NCBI GenBank assembly: GCA_964342485.1
Contig: CAYFFO010000005.1
Span: 23,549-87,548 of the forward strand
Length of the DNA stretch: 64,000 nt
Direction of reading: 5' to 3'
Source of the DNA: an uncultured Dehalococcoidia bacterium
GTDB lineage: Bacteria; Chloroflexota; Dehalococcoidia; Lucifugimonadales; CAJWER01
Shown here: positions 46,964 through 57,989 of the stretch, in pieces
How the letters are laid out: each line of letters begins with the position of its first letter
How positions within the stretch are numbered: the stretch's first letter is position 1
Position numbers and translations under genes: made by a program
The notes under the pieces: model-generated
Told to the model about the DNA's origin: nothing
What the model saw: the letters and a program-made list of their open reading frames with translations, nothing else
Databases searched by the model: none

Positions 46964-48250
46964 ATGTTAATAACGAATAGTCGTTTCCAATTCAGTGGTT
47001 TTGTTTTTGCTATCCTATTATTAGTGTCCTTAGCATGCGGAGAATCTTTAGAGAAATCGAACCTACAGGAACAAGGCACTTCTGTCAAAGTCATAGGCCC
47101 AGATACAGTATCCATCTCTTCTTCCGATAAAACGAATGTTGATGAAATAGAAAAAACTACTCCTTCTTTTACATCAGACCAAATTGTTGAGGCTTATGAA
47201 TCTATTCTTGGAGAAATTTATTCAACATCCTTACCTTCAATTGTACGTATAGAAATTTCAAGAAGCATGTCTTCTAATCAATCTAATTTAGATTCGATAC
47301 CTCCTCAGTTTCGTAGATTTTTCAATCCAAACGATGTGCCCAGGAGAAATGTTCCAAATGGACAAGGATCAGGTTTTGTATGGACTGCTAATGGACACAT
47401 AGTAACTAACCATCATGTAGTTGATGGAGCAGATCGGATTAAAGTAATTTTTTCAGAAGGTACGGAATATAATGCCACTATTTTGGGTAGCGATGCTACC
47501 GCTGATATAGCAGTACTTAAAATAGATTCACCTGATACTGATTTTATACCGCTTTCGCTAGGAGATAGTTCCAGCGTTAAAGTTGGACAACTGGCCATAG
47601 CTATCGGAGCACCTTTTGGTCAGGAATTTACTATGACCACAGGAATAATAAGTGCTCTTGGAAGAACTATACCTAGTGCAGGTACTCCTTTTGCTAACCC
47701 GGAAGTCATACAGACGGATGCCCCGATAAATCCCGGTAATTCAGGAGGGCCATTGTTTGACAGACATGGTAACGCAATAGGGATTAATTCACAGATTGCT
47801 AGCAGGAGTGGTTCCAGTGCTGGTGTAGGATTTTCAGTACCTATTGATACAGCAAAACGTATAGTCCCTGAACTTATAGAAATCGGAAAATATACATATT
47901 CTTATCTTGGTATACAGGGGATAGATTTAAGGCCTGATATGGCTTTAGCAAAGGGATTAGATAGAACTACAAGAGGAGTCCTGGTGATAAGCACTTTGGA
48001 TGACAACGGTCCTGCAGCTAGAGCAGGTATAATTCCTAACGATGAAGTTGTTCAAATAGAAGGACAGCGTTATCCTGTTGGTGGAGATGTGATTACTTCT
48101 GTTGAGGGTAGCCAAATAACAGGAATGGCGGATCTTTTGACATATCTTACAAATGAAACTCGCCCTGGGGATAAAATATCATTTGAGATTATCAGACGTG
48201 ATGGAAACAAAGCCAAATTGGATGTAATACTTGGAGTGCGCCCAACCTAA
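46964..48250 (+). CDS. HtrA/DegP-family serine protease with one PDZ domain
   Basis: Signal peptide, GSGFVW...TNHHVV (His), DIAVLK (Asp), GNSGGPL (Ser), then a PDZ domain. Confidence 0.85.
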   Translation: MLITNSRFQFSGFVFAILLLVSLACGESLEKSNLQEQGTSVKVIGPDTVSISSSDKTNVDEIEKTTPSFTSDQIVEAYESILGEIYSTSLPSIVRIEISRSMSSNQSNLDSIPPQFRRFFNPNDVPRRNVPNGQGSGFVWTANGHIVTNHHVVDGADRIKVIFSEGTEYNATILGSDATADIAVLKIDSPDTDFIPLSLGDSSSVKVGQLAIAIGAPFGQEFTMTTGIISALGRTIPSAGTPFANPEVIQTDAPINPGNSGGPLFDRHGNAIGINSQIASRSGSSAGVGFSVPIDTAKRIVPELIEIGKYTYSYLGIQGIDLRPDMALAKGLDRTTRGVLVISTLDDNGPAARAGIIPNDEVVQIEGQRYPVGGDVITSVEGSQITGMADLLTYLTNETRPGDKISFEIIRRDGNKAKLDVILGVRPT

Positions 48251-48323
48251 AAAGAAATCAAGATACTGATCTTTCTTTATGTATTTCGTGTAGAATTTAC
48301 AAATCAATCGTGCGGTAGGATAT

Positions 48324-50315
48324 ATGTCAGATTTTAGTTTAGTTGCTGATTTTAAACCTACTGGTGATCAGCCTCAGGCTATTGATAACTTATCAAAGGG
48401 TATCCAAAAAGGATCCCGACATCAGACACTACTCGGAGTTACTGGTAGTGGCAAGACTTTTACAATGGCAGGGGTAATAGAGCACGTACAGAGACCTGCT
48501 TTGGTTATTGCTCACAATAAAACTCTTGCCGCCCAACTAGCTACTGAATTCAAGGAATTCTTCCCTGAAAATGCAGTGGAATATTTTGTAAGTTACTATG
48601 ATTACTACCAGCCAGAAGCTTATGTTCCAAGGACCGATACTTACATTGAGAAAGAAGCAGATATAAATGAACAGCTTGATAAACTTCGACATTCCGCTAC
48701 AAGGGCTTTATTAACTCGACGGGATGTTCTTATAGTAGCATCAGTATCTTGTATTTTTGGACTCGGTTCACCTGAAGAATACCTGAGCTTTGTTTGTTCA
48801 ATTTCAATAGGACAGCAACTTAGCAGGAACAGTTTAATTCGCCAGCTTGTAGATATGCAATATGAGAGGAACGACTTTGATATTTCTAGAGGTAAATTCA
48901 GGGTAAGAGGGGATACTTTAGAGATTATTCCTGCTTATGAAGACGAAATGGCTGTAAGGGTTGAATACTGGGGTGATGAGATTGAAAGAATTGTACAGAT
49001 CGATCCTTTAACTGGTGAAATGCTAGGTGAAATAGATAAGGTAGAAATATACCCGGCCAAACACTTTGTCACATCTGAAGAAAAATTGGCTTCAGCGTTA
49101 GAATCTATCCATGATGAGCTCTATGAACATTTGTCATATCTAAGAAATGAAGGAAAATTGGTAGAAGCACAAAGATTGGAATCTCGTACTAGGTATGACT
49201 TAGAAATGTTGAGAGAGACAGGCTATTGTGCTGGAGTTGAAAATTATGCCAGGCATTTATCAGGTCGAAAACAAGGTAGCACTCCTCATACGCTACTAGA
49301 CTATTTCCCTGAAGATTGTTTGATTTTTGTGGATGAGTCTCATATGACACTTCCTCAAATAAGAGCGATGTATGGCGGAGACAGGTCGAGAAAGCAGGTT
49401 CTTGTTGAACATGGATTTAGATTACCGTCCGCTCTTGATAACAGGCCTCTTAACTTCAATGAATTTCAAAATTATGTGAGGACAGGTGTGTACGTTTCTG
49501 CTACTCCGGGGTCCTACGAATTAGAAAATTCAGATAATATAATTGAACAACTTATCAGACCGACGGGACTTGAAGATCCTGATATTGAGATAAAGCCTAC
49601 GCATGGTCAAATTGATGATCTTCTTTATCAGATACGTAGCAGGTCTGAACGTGATGAACGATGTTTGGTAACTACATTGACTAAACGTATGGCAGAGGAA
49701 TTATCAGATTATCTTCTTGATGCGGGTATAAAAACCCACCATCTTCATTCTGAAATAGATACTTTAGAGAGAAGCGAGGTTTTAAGGGATTTGAGGTTAG
49801 GAATTTATGATGTGGTAGTTGGTATAAATTTACTCAGGGAAGGTTTAGATTTACCTGAAGTTAGCTTGGTGGCAATCATTGATGCTGACAAAGAGGGATT
49901 TTTAAGATCATCTACCGCTTTGACTCAGACTATAGGGAGAGCAGCAAGGCATATTGAAGGACACGTAATCATGTACGCTGACTCTATTACAAGATCGATG
50001 AAGATAGCTATCGATGAAACCAAAAGAAGGAAAAGGATACAAAGGCACTATAACCAACAAAATAACATTACACCTCAAGGTATACGTAAAGCAATTCATG
50101 ATATAACAGAGCGGGTCAAAGAGGTTGTAGATACGGAAAAATCATCAATTGATGTAGAACATATGAACATTGAACAGGTCGAAGATCTCATCGTTGACTT
50201 GGAAATACAAATGCAGAAAGCCTCAAAGGATCTACAATTTGAAACAGCAGCATTATTGAGAGATCAGATTGTGGATCTGAAGAATTATTTCACAGAAGAT
50301 CCAGTCAAACTTTAA
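48324..50315 (+). CDS. uvrB: excinuclease ABC subunit B
   Basis: [29 protein letters not shown] and the C-terminal UVR domain ([11 protein letters not shown]). Confidence 0.95.
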   Translation: MSDFSLVADFKPTGDQPQAIDNLSKGIQKGSRHQTLLGVTGSGKTFTMAGVIEHVQRPALVIAHNKTLAAQLATEFKEFFPENAVEYFVSYYDYYQPEAYVPRTDTYIEKEADINEQLDKLRHSATRALLTRRDVLIVASVSCIFGLGSPEEYLSFVCSISIGQQLSRNSLIRQLVDMQYERNDFDISRGKFRVRGDTLEIIPAYEDEMAVRVEYWGDEIERIVQIDPLTGEMLGEIDKVEIYPAKHFVTSEEKLASALESIHDELYEHLSYLRNEGKLVEAQRLESRTRYDLEMLRETGYCAGVENYARHLSGRKQGSTPHTLLDYFPEDCLIFVDESHMTLPQIRAMYGGDRSRKQVLVEHGFRLPSALDNRPLNFNEFQNYVRTGVYVSATPGSYELENSDNIIEQLIRPTGLEDPDIEIKPTHGQIDDLLYQIRSRSERDERCLVTTLTKRMAEELSDYLLDAGIKTHHLHSEIDTLERSEVLRDLRLGIYDVVVGINLLREGLDLPEVSLVAIIDADKEGFLRSSTALTQTIGRAARHIEGHVIMYADSITRSMKIAIDETKRRKRIQRHYNQQNNITPQGIRKAIHDITERVKEVVDTEKSSIDVEHMNIEQVEDLIVDLEIQMQKASKDLQFETAALLRDQIVDLKNYFTEDPVKL

Positions 50316-50405
50316 TAGTTAAATTTACACTTTGAATTATTCTATATTATTATTTATGCATTCTTATCTAAAGTAAATTAAGGGTATCTAAAAAACTGGG
50401 TTGAG

Positions 50406-53400
50406 GTGCTAGCATTGATTCCAACAAATATTCAAGACATCTATAAATCACTTGATTGGCGTTCGATAGGTCCATATAGGGCGGGAAGAGTTGTTGCGGT
50501 TGCGGGTGACCCAGTCAACAAACAGGTATTCTACTTTGGATCTGTTGGAGGAGGACTTTGGAAAACAGCAGACGGGGGCACATACTGGCAAAACATTTCT
50601 GATGGATATTTCAATACTGCTTCTGTGGGAGCACTGGATGTTTCAAAATCTGATCCAAACGTTATATATGCAGGCATGGGAGAAGCATGTATACGAGTAG
50701 ATGTAACTCATGGAGATGGTGTGTATCGATCTGTTAATTCAGGTGAATCATGGTCTCACCTGGGACTTGAAGATACCAGGCATATTTCGAGATTACGAAT
50801 TCATCCTGATGATCCAGATACTGTGTATGTTGGGGCACTTGGAAATGCATTTGCTCCTAATAAGCAAAGAGGAGTTTTCCGTTCTTACGATGGGGGGCAA
50901 AACTGGACAAATGTATTGTATAAAAGTGAATTTGCAGGTATCGCAGATTTATCAATGGATCCTAATAATCCACGTATTTTGTTTGCATCTATGTGGCAAG
51001 CACAGCGATCGTTTTGGTACATGAATAGCGGTGGACCTGACAGTGGATTATATAGGAGTTTTGACTCGGGAGATACCTGGATTAACCTTTCTTCACGGAC
51101 CGGTCTTCCAAAAGGTGTTTTAGGCAGGATAGGAATCGCCTCTTCAGGTGCGAAGCCTGGTCGTATTTGGGCTTTAATTGAAGCAGAAGACGGTGGTTTG
51201 TTTCGGTCGGATAATGGTGGGGAATCTTGGGAAAGAATAAACGATAGCGAAGATATTCGTGCCCGATCTTGGTATTACACACACATCTTTGCAGATCCTA
51301 AAGATGAAGATACAGTTTATATACTTGCTCCAGATATGTTGCGTTCTATTGATGGGGGGAATACTTTTACGAAGGTTAGTATGCCTCATTCTGATCAACA
51401 TGATCTTTGGATCGATCCTTCTGATACATTAAGAATGATTCAAGGAAACGATGGTGGTGCCTGTGTTAGCTTCAATGGGGGAGATAGTTGGAGTTCGACC
51501 TATAATCAACCGACTTCACAATTTTACTCTGTCGCAGTTGATAATCAGGTTCCATACCGGATTTATGGGGCCCAACAGGATAATAGTGCGGTAAGTATAC
51601 CAAGCAGATCTTCAAAAGGAATGATTCCCTGGGATGATTGTTACACTATTGGACTTTCTGAAAGCGGGAAGGTTGCTGTAAATCCTGTAAATTCAAATAT
51701 AGTTTATTCCTCATATCCCGGTGGCACACTCATGAGATATGATCATAATAGTGGCCAAGTAAGAGTTATCATGGTTTGGCCTGAGTATTACCAAAATTCC
51801 CCACCCAAAAATAATAAATATAGATTTGGATGGGAATTTCCGATAGTAATATCCACTCATGATCCAAATATCCTTTATACCACTGGCAATATTGTATTCA
51901 AATCGATTGATGAAGGTACTACATGGGAACCGATTAGTCCTGATTTGACAAGAAATGATGTTACGAAACAGGAATTATCTGGTCCTATAACATCTGAGGG
52001 TCCTTGGGCTGAGATTTACTGCACTATATACGCTTTTGCAGAGTCTCCAATAACTCCTGGGTTATTTTGGGCTGGTACAGATGATGGTTTGGTTTATGTT
52101 TCTCAAGATGGTGGTGATAATTGGGATGAGGTTACTCCAAATGGTTTGCCAGAATGGACACTAATTAGTGTAATTGAACCTTCTCATTATGATGATGGAG
52201 TTGCCTATATAGCCTGCACTGGATACAAGCTAGGCGATACAGAAGCTTATATATATAAAACTTCTGATTGTGGTAAAAATTGGGAACTAGTAATAGATGG
52301 AATAAGGGAAAATGATTTTGTTCGGGTTATTCGAGAGGATCCTGAGAAGGAAGGGTTACTGTATATAGGTTCTGAGACAGGTATTTATATATCTGATAAT
52401 AACGCAAAGTACTGGCATAGCTTCCAGCTAAATTTACCTGTTTCACCAATATACGATATTGCTATTAAAGATTCAGATTTAATTGTTGCAACACATGGCA
52501 GGTCTTTTTGGATACTTGATGATATCAGTCCAATTCGTAAATTTGGTATCGAAGGATTTTTACCAACTACTCAGTTATCAAAACCAAGGAATACTATTAG
52601 GTTAGTGATGCAGGCAGGATCTATTATTGAGTCTTGGCCCGGTAAGCATTACATGAGCAATATTTTGGGAGCTCCTGCTGCCTGGCTTGAGACAAAGTCA
52701 GTAGCCGGGAAAACAGTAAAGACTGGATTGACGGCTGGAATGAATCCCGAAGAAGGAGTTGCTATAGATTTTGTGCTCGATAAACAAGAGGACGATAAAG
52801 TAGTGGTAGAAATTCGGGATGAAAATAACCAGGTGGTTAGAAGATTCTCATCAACTAATCCAAGCAAAGACAAATTACTTTGTAAACCGGGATTAAATCG
52901 ATTTTACTGGGATCTTAGATACACTGATTACCATGAATTGCCTGATGAGGCTGGAGGCGCTAGTCCTTTTGGAGCGAAAATAATGGCGCCTTTGGTAGAA
53001 CCTGGCAAATATAAAATCCTATTAATATGTGGCAGTAATAAGTTGGAAGAATCTTTTGAGATATTACTAGATCCTAGATCAGAAGCATCAAATGAAGATA
53101 TAAAAAAACAGGTGGACTTACAGAAGCGTATCGGTGATAAGTATCAAGAAACAACAGAGATAGTGTTACAAATCAGAAGATTAAAGAAGCAACTTACTGA
53201 ATGGGAAAATAAAATCACCAAAATAGGTGAACAGCCAGAGTTTTCTGAAAAATCTACGAATATTCAATCCAACCTATTGGATATAGAAAATGAGATTGTC
53301 CCATTTCGATCAGCTGGACCTCAGCCTTTGGGTATACCAGTCGGTTTATATGCAAAGCTGAAAGAACTTTCAGGCGTAGTGGGAAGTGCCGACTCTATTC

Positions 53401-53546
53401 CAACGATGTCTTCTTATCAATTATTTGATGATCTTTCAAATCGGTTAGAGACCCAATTTGAATTGTACAAAGCAATTATAGAGGATCAAATGCCAACCTT
53501 TACTGAGAAGTTGAAAAGGGCAAATATACCATATATTGCGTACTAA
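50406..53546 (+). CDS. large BNR/Asp-box repeat (sortilin/VPS10-like double beta-propeller) protein
   Basis: At least ten Asp-box motifs (S/T-x-D-x-G-x-x-W): TADGGTYW, SVNSGESW, SYDGGQNW, SFDSGDTW, SDNGGESW, SFNGGDSW, SIDEGTTW, SQDGGDNW, TSDCGKNW. GTG start. No obvious signal peptide. Confidence 0.7.
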   Translation: MLALIPTNIQDIYKSLDWRSIGPYRAGRVVAVAGDPVNKQVFYFGSVGGGLWKTADGGTYWQNISDGYFNTASVGALDVSKSDPNVIYAGMGEACIRVDVTHGDGVYRSVNSGESWSHLGLEDTRHISRLRIHPDDPDTVYVGALGNAFAPNKQRGVFRSYDGGQNWTNVLYKSEFAGIADLSMDPNNPRILFASMWQAQRSFWYMNSGGPDSGLYRSFDSGDTWINLSSRTGLPKGVLGRIGIASSGAKPGRIWALIEAEDGGLFRSDNGGESWERINDSEDIRARSWYYTHIFADPKDEDTVYILAPDMLRSIDGGNTFTKVSMPHSDQHDLWIDPSDTLRMIQGNDGGACVSFNGGDSWSSTYNQPTSQFYSVAVDNQVPYRIYGAQQDNSAVSIPSRSSKGMIPWDDCYTIGLSESGKVAVNPVNSNIVYSSYPGGTLMRYDHNSGQVRVIMVWPEYYQNSPPKNNKYRFGWEFPIVISTHDPNILYTTGNIVFKSIDEGTTWEPISPDLTRNDVTKQELSGPITSEGPWAEIYCTIYAFAESPITPGLFWAGTDDGLVYVSQDGGDNWDEVTPNGLPEWTLISVIEPSHYDDGVAYIACTGYKLGDTEAYIYKTSDCGKNWELVIDGIRENDFVRVIREDPEKEGLLYIGSETGIYISDNNAKYWHSFQLNLPVSPIYDIAIKDSDLIVATHGRSFWILDDISPIRKFGIEGFLPTTQLSKPRNTIRLVMQAGSIIESWPGKHYMSNILGAPAAWLETKSVAGKTVKTGLTAGMNPEEGVAIDFVLDKQEDDKVVVEIRDENNQVVRRFSSTNPSKDKLLCKPGLNRFYWDLRYTDYHELPDEAGGASPFGAKIMAPLVEPGKYKILLICGSNKLEESFEILLDPRSEASNEDIKKQVDLQKRIGDKYQETTEIVLQIRRLKKQLTEWENKITKIGEQPEFSEKSTNIQSNLLDIENEIVPFRSAGPQPLGIPVGLYAKLKELSGVVGSADSIPTMSSYQLFDDLSNRLETQFELYKAIIEDQMPTFTEKLKRANIPYIAY

Positions 53547-53572
53547 TTGATTAGTGACTTTTTATAGTCTTT

Positions 53573-55471
53573 CTAAAGGTTTTGTTTAATTTGGGTAGCA
53601 ACTTTGACAGAAAATCCGTTTAATGAGGATATTTCTTCTATAGACGCTTTTTTGATTCCTGCGGTTGATCCAAAAGTTTTTAGAAGCAAATTTCTACGTT
53701 TAGGCCCAATTCCAGCGATTTTATCAAGAGTTGAAGATATTGATTTTATTGATCTACGGTTTCGGTGAAATGTCACCGCAAATCTGTGTGCTTCATCCCT
53801 TGCACGTTGAACTAGGAATAGAGCTTTTGAATTTCTTGGTAGCACGATAGGATCTGGATTTTCAGGTATAAAAAGTTCTTCTTCCTCTTTTGCCAGGCTG
53901 GCTAATGGTATTTCGTCTATACCTAGCTCCAATAATACTTGTATGGCTGTACCCAAATGGCCTTTACCGCCATCTATTAATACTAAATCCGGGATAAATT
54001 TCCATTTATCGGTTTTGAGATCAATTTTATTCAATGGCAGAGAATCATTAACGTTAGTTTTTTGAAAATGTCGAAATCTCCTTGATAGCATTTCCTTCAT
54101 CATTGAATAATCATCTATGCCTTCGACAGACTTGATTATGAATTTTCGATAATCAGACTTTTTGGGCTTACCATTTTCAAAAACTACCATACTGCCTACT
54201 GGACTGGTCCCGTGTGTGTTGGATATGTCATAGCATTCAATACGATATGGAGGATGAGGTAAACTTAAGAATTCTTGGAGTTCCCCAATTCCTTCTTCAA
54301 AATTCGCTTTAGGGTCGACGCTTAAACGTTTTTGTTTTAGACCTTCTACTGCGTTATTTTGAGCCATTTGTACAAGTTTATGTTTTGTGCCACGTACCGG
54401 CACCGAAATTTGAACTTTGGCACCGCGTTTGTGTTGAAGCCAGGATCTAGTTAATTCGATATCCTCAATGACAAAGCCGGATACAATTGAACTGGGTACG
54501 AAAGGATTTGAGCTGTAAAATTGTTCTATAAATGCTTGAATAATATTGCTGTCAGATGAACCTTTAACTCCAGACATCAAAAAATGTTCCCGTCCAACCA
54601 TCTTACCTTCTCTTATGGTAAATATTTCTATCCATGCCTCGCTGTTTTCTTTTGCTAAACCAAGGACATCGATACTCTCTTTATTGATATTTGATACTTT
54701 TTGAATAGTATTCACCTGTTCTATAGACTGGATTTGATCTCTTAGGGTCGCGGCTTTTTCGAAATCGAGATTATCCGCTGCATAATTCATTTGTGTAGAG
54801 ATCTGTTTCTTAACAGCAGAGGTTTTCCCCCTCAAGAAAAGGCTTACTTGATCGATCACTTTTCCGTATCCTATTTGATCAACCGCTCCAATGCATGGGC
54901 CAACACATCTGTTGATATGATAGTCGAGACAAGGATGTGGATCTTTACCAGTAATTGTTTTTGTACATGATCTATAAGGGAAGAGTTTTTTCAATAGTTT
55001 AAGAGTTTTCCTGATACTATGAGCACTTGCATATGGACCAAAGTATTTGGCCCCATCATTTGTAACATGACGGGTTATATATACCCTAGGGAAGGTTTCT
55101 GTGGTATCTATTTTTATAAACGGATAGGTTTTGTCGTCTTTAAGTCTAATATTGAACGGAGGCTTGTGTTTTTTTATGAGGGTTGATTCGAGTAATAGGG
55201 CCTCGTCTCCCGACTCAGTGACAATGAATTCAAAGTTACTAACTTTTGACATCAAAGTTTTTACTTTGTAATGTAATTTGTCTTTATGATAGAAATATGT
55301 TCTAAGACGATTCCTTAAATTTACCGCTTTCCCAATGTAGAGTACCTTATTATTATGTGTGAAAATATATACTCCAGGTTTAATAGGGGCAGTTTTTAAA
55401 CGGGACTTTAATGTTGAAAGGGCAACAACGTTTTCGGTCATAATTGCAACATCCCTGATAGCAAGTACCAT
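53573..55471 (-). CDS. uvrC: excinuclease ABC subunit C
   Basis: GIY-YIG motif PGVYIF...VLYIGKAVNLRNRL, UVR domain FEKAATLRDQI, C-terminal (HhH)2. Confidence 0.95.
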   Translation of the reverse strand: MVLAIRDVAIMTENVVALSTLKSRLKTAPIKPGVYIFTHNNKVLYIGKAVNLRNRLRTYFYHKDKLHYKVKTLMSKVSNFEFIVTESGDEALLLESTLIKKHKPPFNIRLKDDKTYPFIKIDTTETFPRVYITRHVTNDGAKYFGPYASAHSIRKTLKLLKKLFPYRSCTKTITGKDPHPCLDYHINRCVGPCIGAVDQIGYGKVIDQVSLFLRGKTSAVKKQISTQMNYAADNLDFEKAATLRDQIQSIEQVNTIQKVSNINKESIDVLGLAKENSEAWIEIFTIREGKMVGREHFLMSGVKGSSDSNIIQAFIEQFYSSNPFVPSSIVSGFVIEDIELTRSWLQHKRGAKVQISVPVRGTKHKLVQMAQNNAVEGLKQKRLSVDPKANFEEGIGELQEFLSLPHPPYRIECYDISNTHGTSPVGSMVVFENGKPKKSDYRKFIIKSVEGIDDYSMMKEMLSRRFRHFQKTNVNDSLPLNKIDLKTDKWKFIPDLVLIDGGKGHLGTAIQVLLELGIDEIPLASLAKEEEELFIPENPDPIVLPRNSKALFLVQRARDEAHRFAVTFHRNRRSIKSISSTLDKIAGIGPKRRNLLLKTFGSTAGIKKASIEEISSLNGFSVKVATQIKQNL

Positions 55472-55560
55472 TTATATATTTAATTATATGAGGCATCTAT
55501 ACCCCTGTTATGGTTGCTATAAATCAGTACTGAGAACTTTAATTTTAGGTGAAATTAGCC

Positions 55561-55887
55561 TTAGTTGCCAATTGTAAAGTTTAGTATTCCTATAGCCAGA
55601 AAGATAATTGAAGATAAAGTCCCAATGCGTATCAGTTCCATCTTTAAATAAGGGTATTCGGCAGGTATCAGTTTTGAAGTTCTCGCTGTTTTGAGAACGG
55701 GTTGATTAGTATTGGAAGATTTTGATGTGCTGGTTACCAATGGGCGATTTGTTTTTTCAGACTGATCTTCATTGTCTTTTCTTTGAGTCGGCGCTGCCTG
55801 AAATTGCCGAGGAGCACGGTTACCTCTTTTCCGCTTTTCCCTCGTTTTTGATTGTCGGGCCGCGGCCTTTTGGTTTTTGTTAGGCAT
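55561..55887 (-). CDS. hypothetical small protein with a highly basic N-terminus and a single C-terminal TM segment
   Basis: MPNKNQKAAARQSKTREKRKRGNRAPRQ...YPYLKMELIRIGTLSSIIFLAIGILNF. I recognise no family. Confidence 0.4.
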   Translation of the reverse strand: MPNKNQKAAARQSKTREKRKRGNRAPRQFQAAPTQRKDNEDQSEKTNRPLVTSTSKSSNTNQPVLKTARTSKLIPAEYPYLKMELIRIGTLSSIIFLAIGILNFTIGN

Positions 55888-56068
55888 AGTTTGTTGTCTC
55901 CGGTATCAGTTTGAAGTTTATTATTGTCGTTAATAGTATGTTCACATTATACGTCTTATAAGGATCTCAACAAATCACTATATGACGATAAGAATTCGTT
56001 TCTATTCTACAGGATTTTAGTCTTTCGGACTAATTTTGACTCGAATTAGATTTAATACTTTACGGTGT

Positions 56069-56968
56069 TTAAGCTCTTGGATGAGAATTTTGATAGCTTG
56101 TCCTAACATGTTCGTCTGTAAGGTGAGTGTAAACTTGAGTTGTTGTTATACTTGAATGGCCTAACAATTCTTGGACATGTCTTAAAGGTGCTCCTCCTTT
56201 AAGTAAATGAGTTGCGAAACTATGTCTTAAAATATGGGGGCTAATTTCAGTATTGATACCCGCATGAATTGCGCGTTTTTTTAGAATGAACCAGAAGCCT
56301 TGCCGTGTAAGCCTGGTTCCTTTTTTATTTAAGAAAAGATGTTTATATGATTTTTGAGATAGCATTATGGGACGTATTTCGTTTATGTAAAAACTTAAAA
56401 TATCTACTGCTTCGCTATGAATTGGTACAATTCGTTCTTTAGACCCCTTTCCCATGCACCGTATGTATCCTTGCACAAGGTCAATATCGTCTAAATCGAG
56501 ATTAATTAATTCACTTATACGAATACCACTCGCATAAAGAATATGGATCATGCAACTGTCTCTGATATCTTCTGGACGATTACGATTTTTTGAATCTAAA
56601 AGTTTATCTATTTCGTTCACTGACAAAGCTTTGGGTAGGGTTCTGCCAGTTCTTAGTGAATAGATATTTTTTGCAGGATCATCTTGGATTACTCCTTCAT
56701 CAATCAGAAAAGAAAAAAAAGATCTAATAGTAGCTATTTTTCTTGCCAGGCTGGTGATTGCATAGCCTTTTAATTCAAGATTTGATTTGAATTGAGCAAT
56801 ATGCGTAGAATTTACCAAGACCCAATTAGTATGATCCAGGTCGAAATCTTTTGTACTCAAAAAATGGCAAAACTGGTATAAATCGCTTCTATACGCGGAC
56901 AAAGTGTTTGATGATAATCCACGTTCTACTGATAAGTAGTTTATGAAAAGATTGACCTGAGCATCCAT
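56069..56968 (-). CDS. xerD: XerC/XerD-family tyrosine site-specific recombinase
   Basis: N-terminal YLSVERGLSSNTLSAYRSDL. The C-terminal catalytic region is HILRHSFATHLL..GAPLRHVQELLGHSSITTTQVYTH. Confidence 0.8.
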   Translation of the reverse strand: MDAQVNLFINYLSVERGLSSNTLSAYRSDLYQFCHFLSTKDFDLDHTNWVLVNSTHIAQFKSNLELKGYAITSLARKIATIRSFFSFLIDEGVIQDDPAKNIYSLRTGRTLPKALSVNEIDKLLDSKNRNRPEDIRDSCMIHILYASGIRISELINLDLDDIDLVQGYIRCMGKGSKERIVPIHSEAVDILSFYINEIRPIMLSQKSYKHLFLNKKGTRLTRQGFWFILKKRAIHAGINTEISPHILRHSFATHLLKGGAPLRHVQELLGHSSITTTQVYTHLTDEHVRTSYQNSHPRA

Positions 56969-57120
56969 GGATGAATCCTAACATCTATGGGAGCTAAATT
57001 GGTATGAGTAACAGGATGTAAAATGCGTAAAATTGTGTTGTAGAATATTTTGTGGAGGTGCGTTTTTCCTTGACGGTTGAGTCGTACAGCAATAAACTTT
57101 CGTTAACAAGGTTATAAAAC

Positions 57121-57984
57121 ATGATCGAAATAGATATAAGCCCATTCCTGTTATCAACCAATTTCATTTCTAACATTACACTTAGCTGGCATGGGTTATT
57201 TAGTTTTATTGCAGTTGCGAGCGCAGTGATTCTAGTTGCCCGATGGGCACCTCTCAGGCAAATTGATCCAGATGTTATCCTCTCGATAGCAATCTGGGGG
57301 ATTATAGGAGGTGTAATAGGAGCTCGATTCGTTCATGTGATTGATAATTGGGGCCCAATATATTCTCAAAGGCCAGAACAAATTATTCAGATTTGGACGG
57401 GTGGGATAGGAGTTTGGGGTGGTATTTTAGGTGGGTTTATTGCTGCTGCAGGATATGCTTTAATATTTAAGCACCCTGTTGGTTTGATATCTGACTTAAC
57501 TGCTCCTGCAATGCTTTATGTACAATCAATCGGTCGGCTTGGAGACATTGTAAACGGAGAACATTGTTCTACAGCGACTGATTTCTTTTTTGGATTTACC
57601 TGGACACATCAGCTTAGTGCTGCCCGCTCATGTTCAGATGGATGGCTAAATGAATCTGTACACCCAGCAGTTGTCTACGAAATGATATGGAATATTCTTT
57701 CGTTGGCAATTATCTGGCAACTTAGGGGTAGATTGAAACCAGATGGAATGCTTTGGACCTTATACCTTGCTTTGTATTCTGCTGGCAGGTTTGTAGTGAG
57801 TTTTTTCAGGATGGACCCAGTTTGGGCGTTTGGTATGCAGGAAGCGCAATATATAGCGCTTCTTGTGTTGGCTATTACGGTACCTTTGCTAATAATCAAA
57901 GCCAGGTTAACTGATAGGGTAGAGGATACACCTCTTGTAATAGAAAGTGGCAGTCGCGCGGAGCGAAGAAGAAAAAGCAGGTGA
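57121..57984 (+). CDS. lgt: prolipoprotein diacylglyceryl transferase
   Basis: WHGLF, GGVIGARF, GRLGDIVNGEH and LYSAGRF, with multiple TM segments. Confidence 0.85.
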   Translation: MIEIDISPFLLSTNFISNITLSWHGLFSFIAVASAVILVARWAPLRQIDPDVILSIAIWGIIGGVIGARFVHVIDNWGPIYSQRPEQIIQIWTGGIGVWGGILGGFIAAAGYALIFKHPVGLISDLTAPAMLYVQSIGRLGDIVNGEHCSTATDFFFGFTWTHQLSAARSCSDGWLNESVHPAVVYEMIWNILSLAIIWQLRGRLKPDGMLWTLYLALYSAGRFVVSFFRMDPVWAFGMQEAQYIALLVLAITVPLLIIKARLTDRVEDTPLVIESGSRAERRRKSR

Positions 57985-57989
57985 TAAAT

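Noticed and set aside
56069-56968. The tyrosine recombinase as a marker of an integrated mobile element.
   Set aside because: It has the full XerC/XerD-type N-terminal and catalytic motifs. It sits among uvrC, lgt and recJ, with no flanking direct repeats, tRNA target or phage or transposon genes. It is most simply the chromosomal dimer-resolution recombinase.
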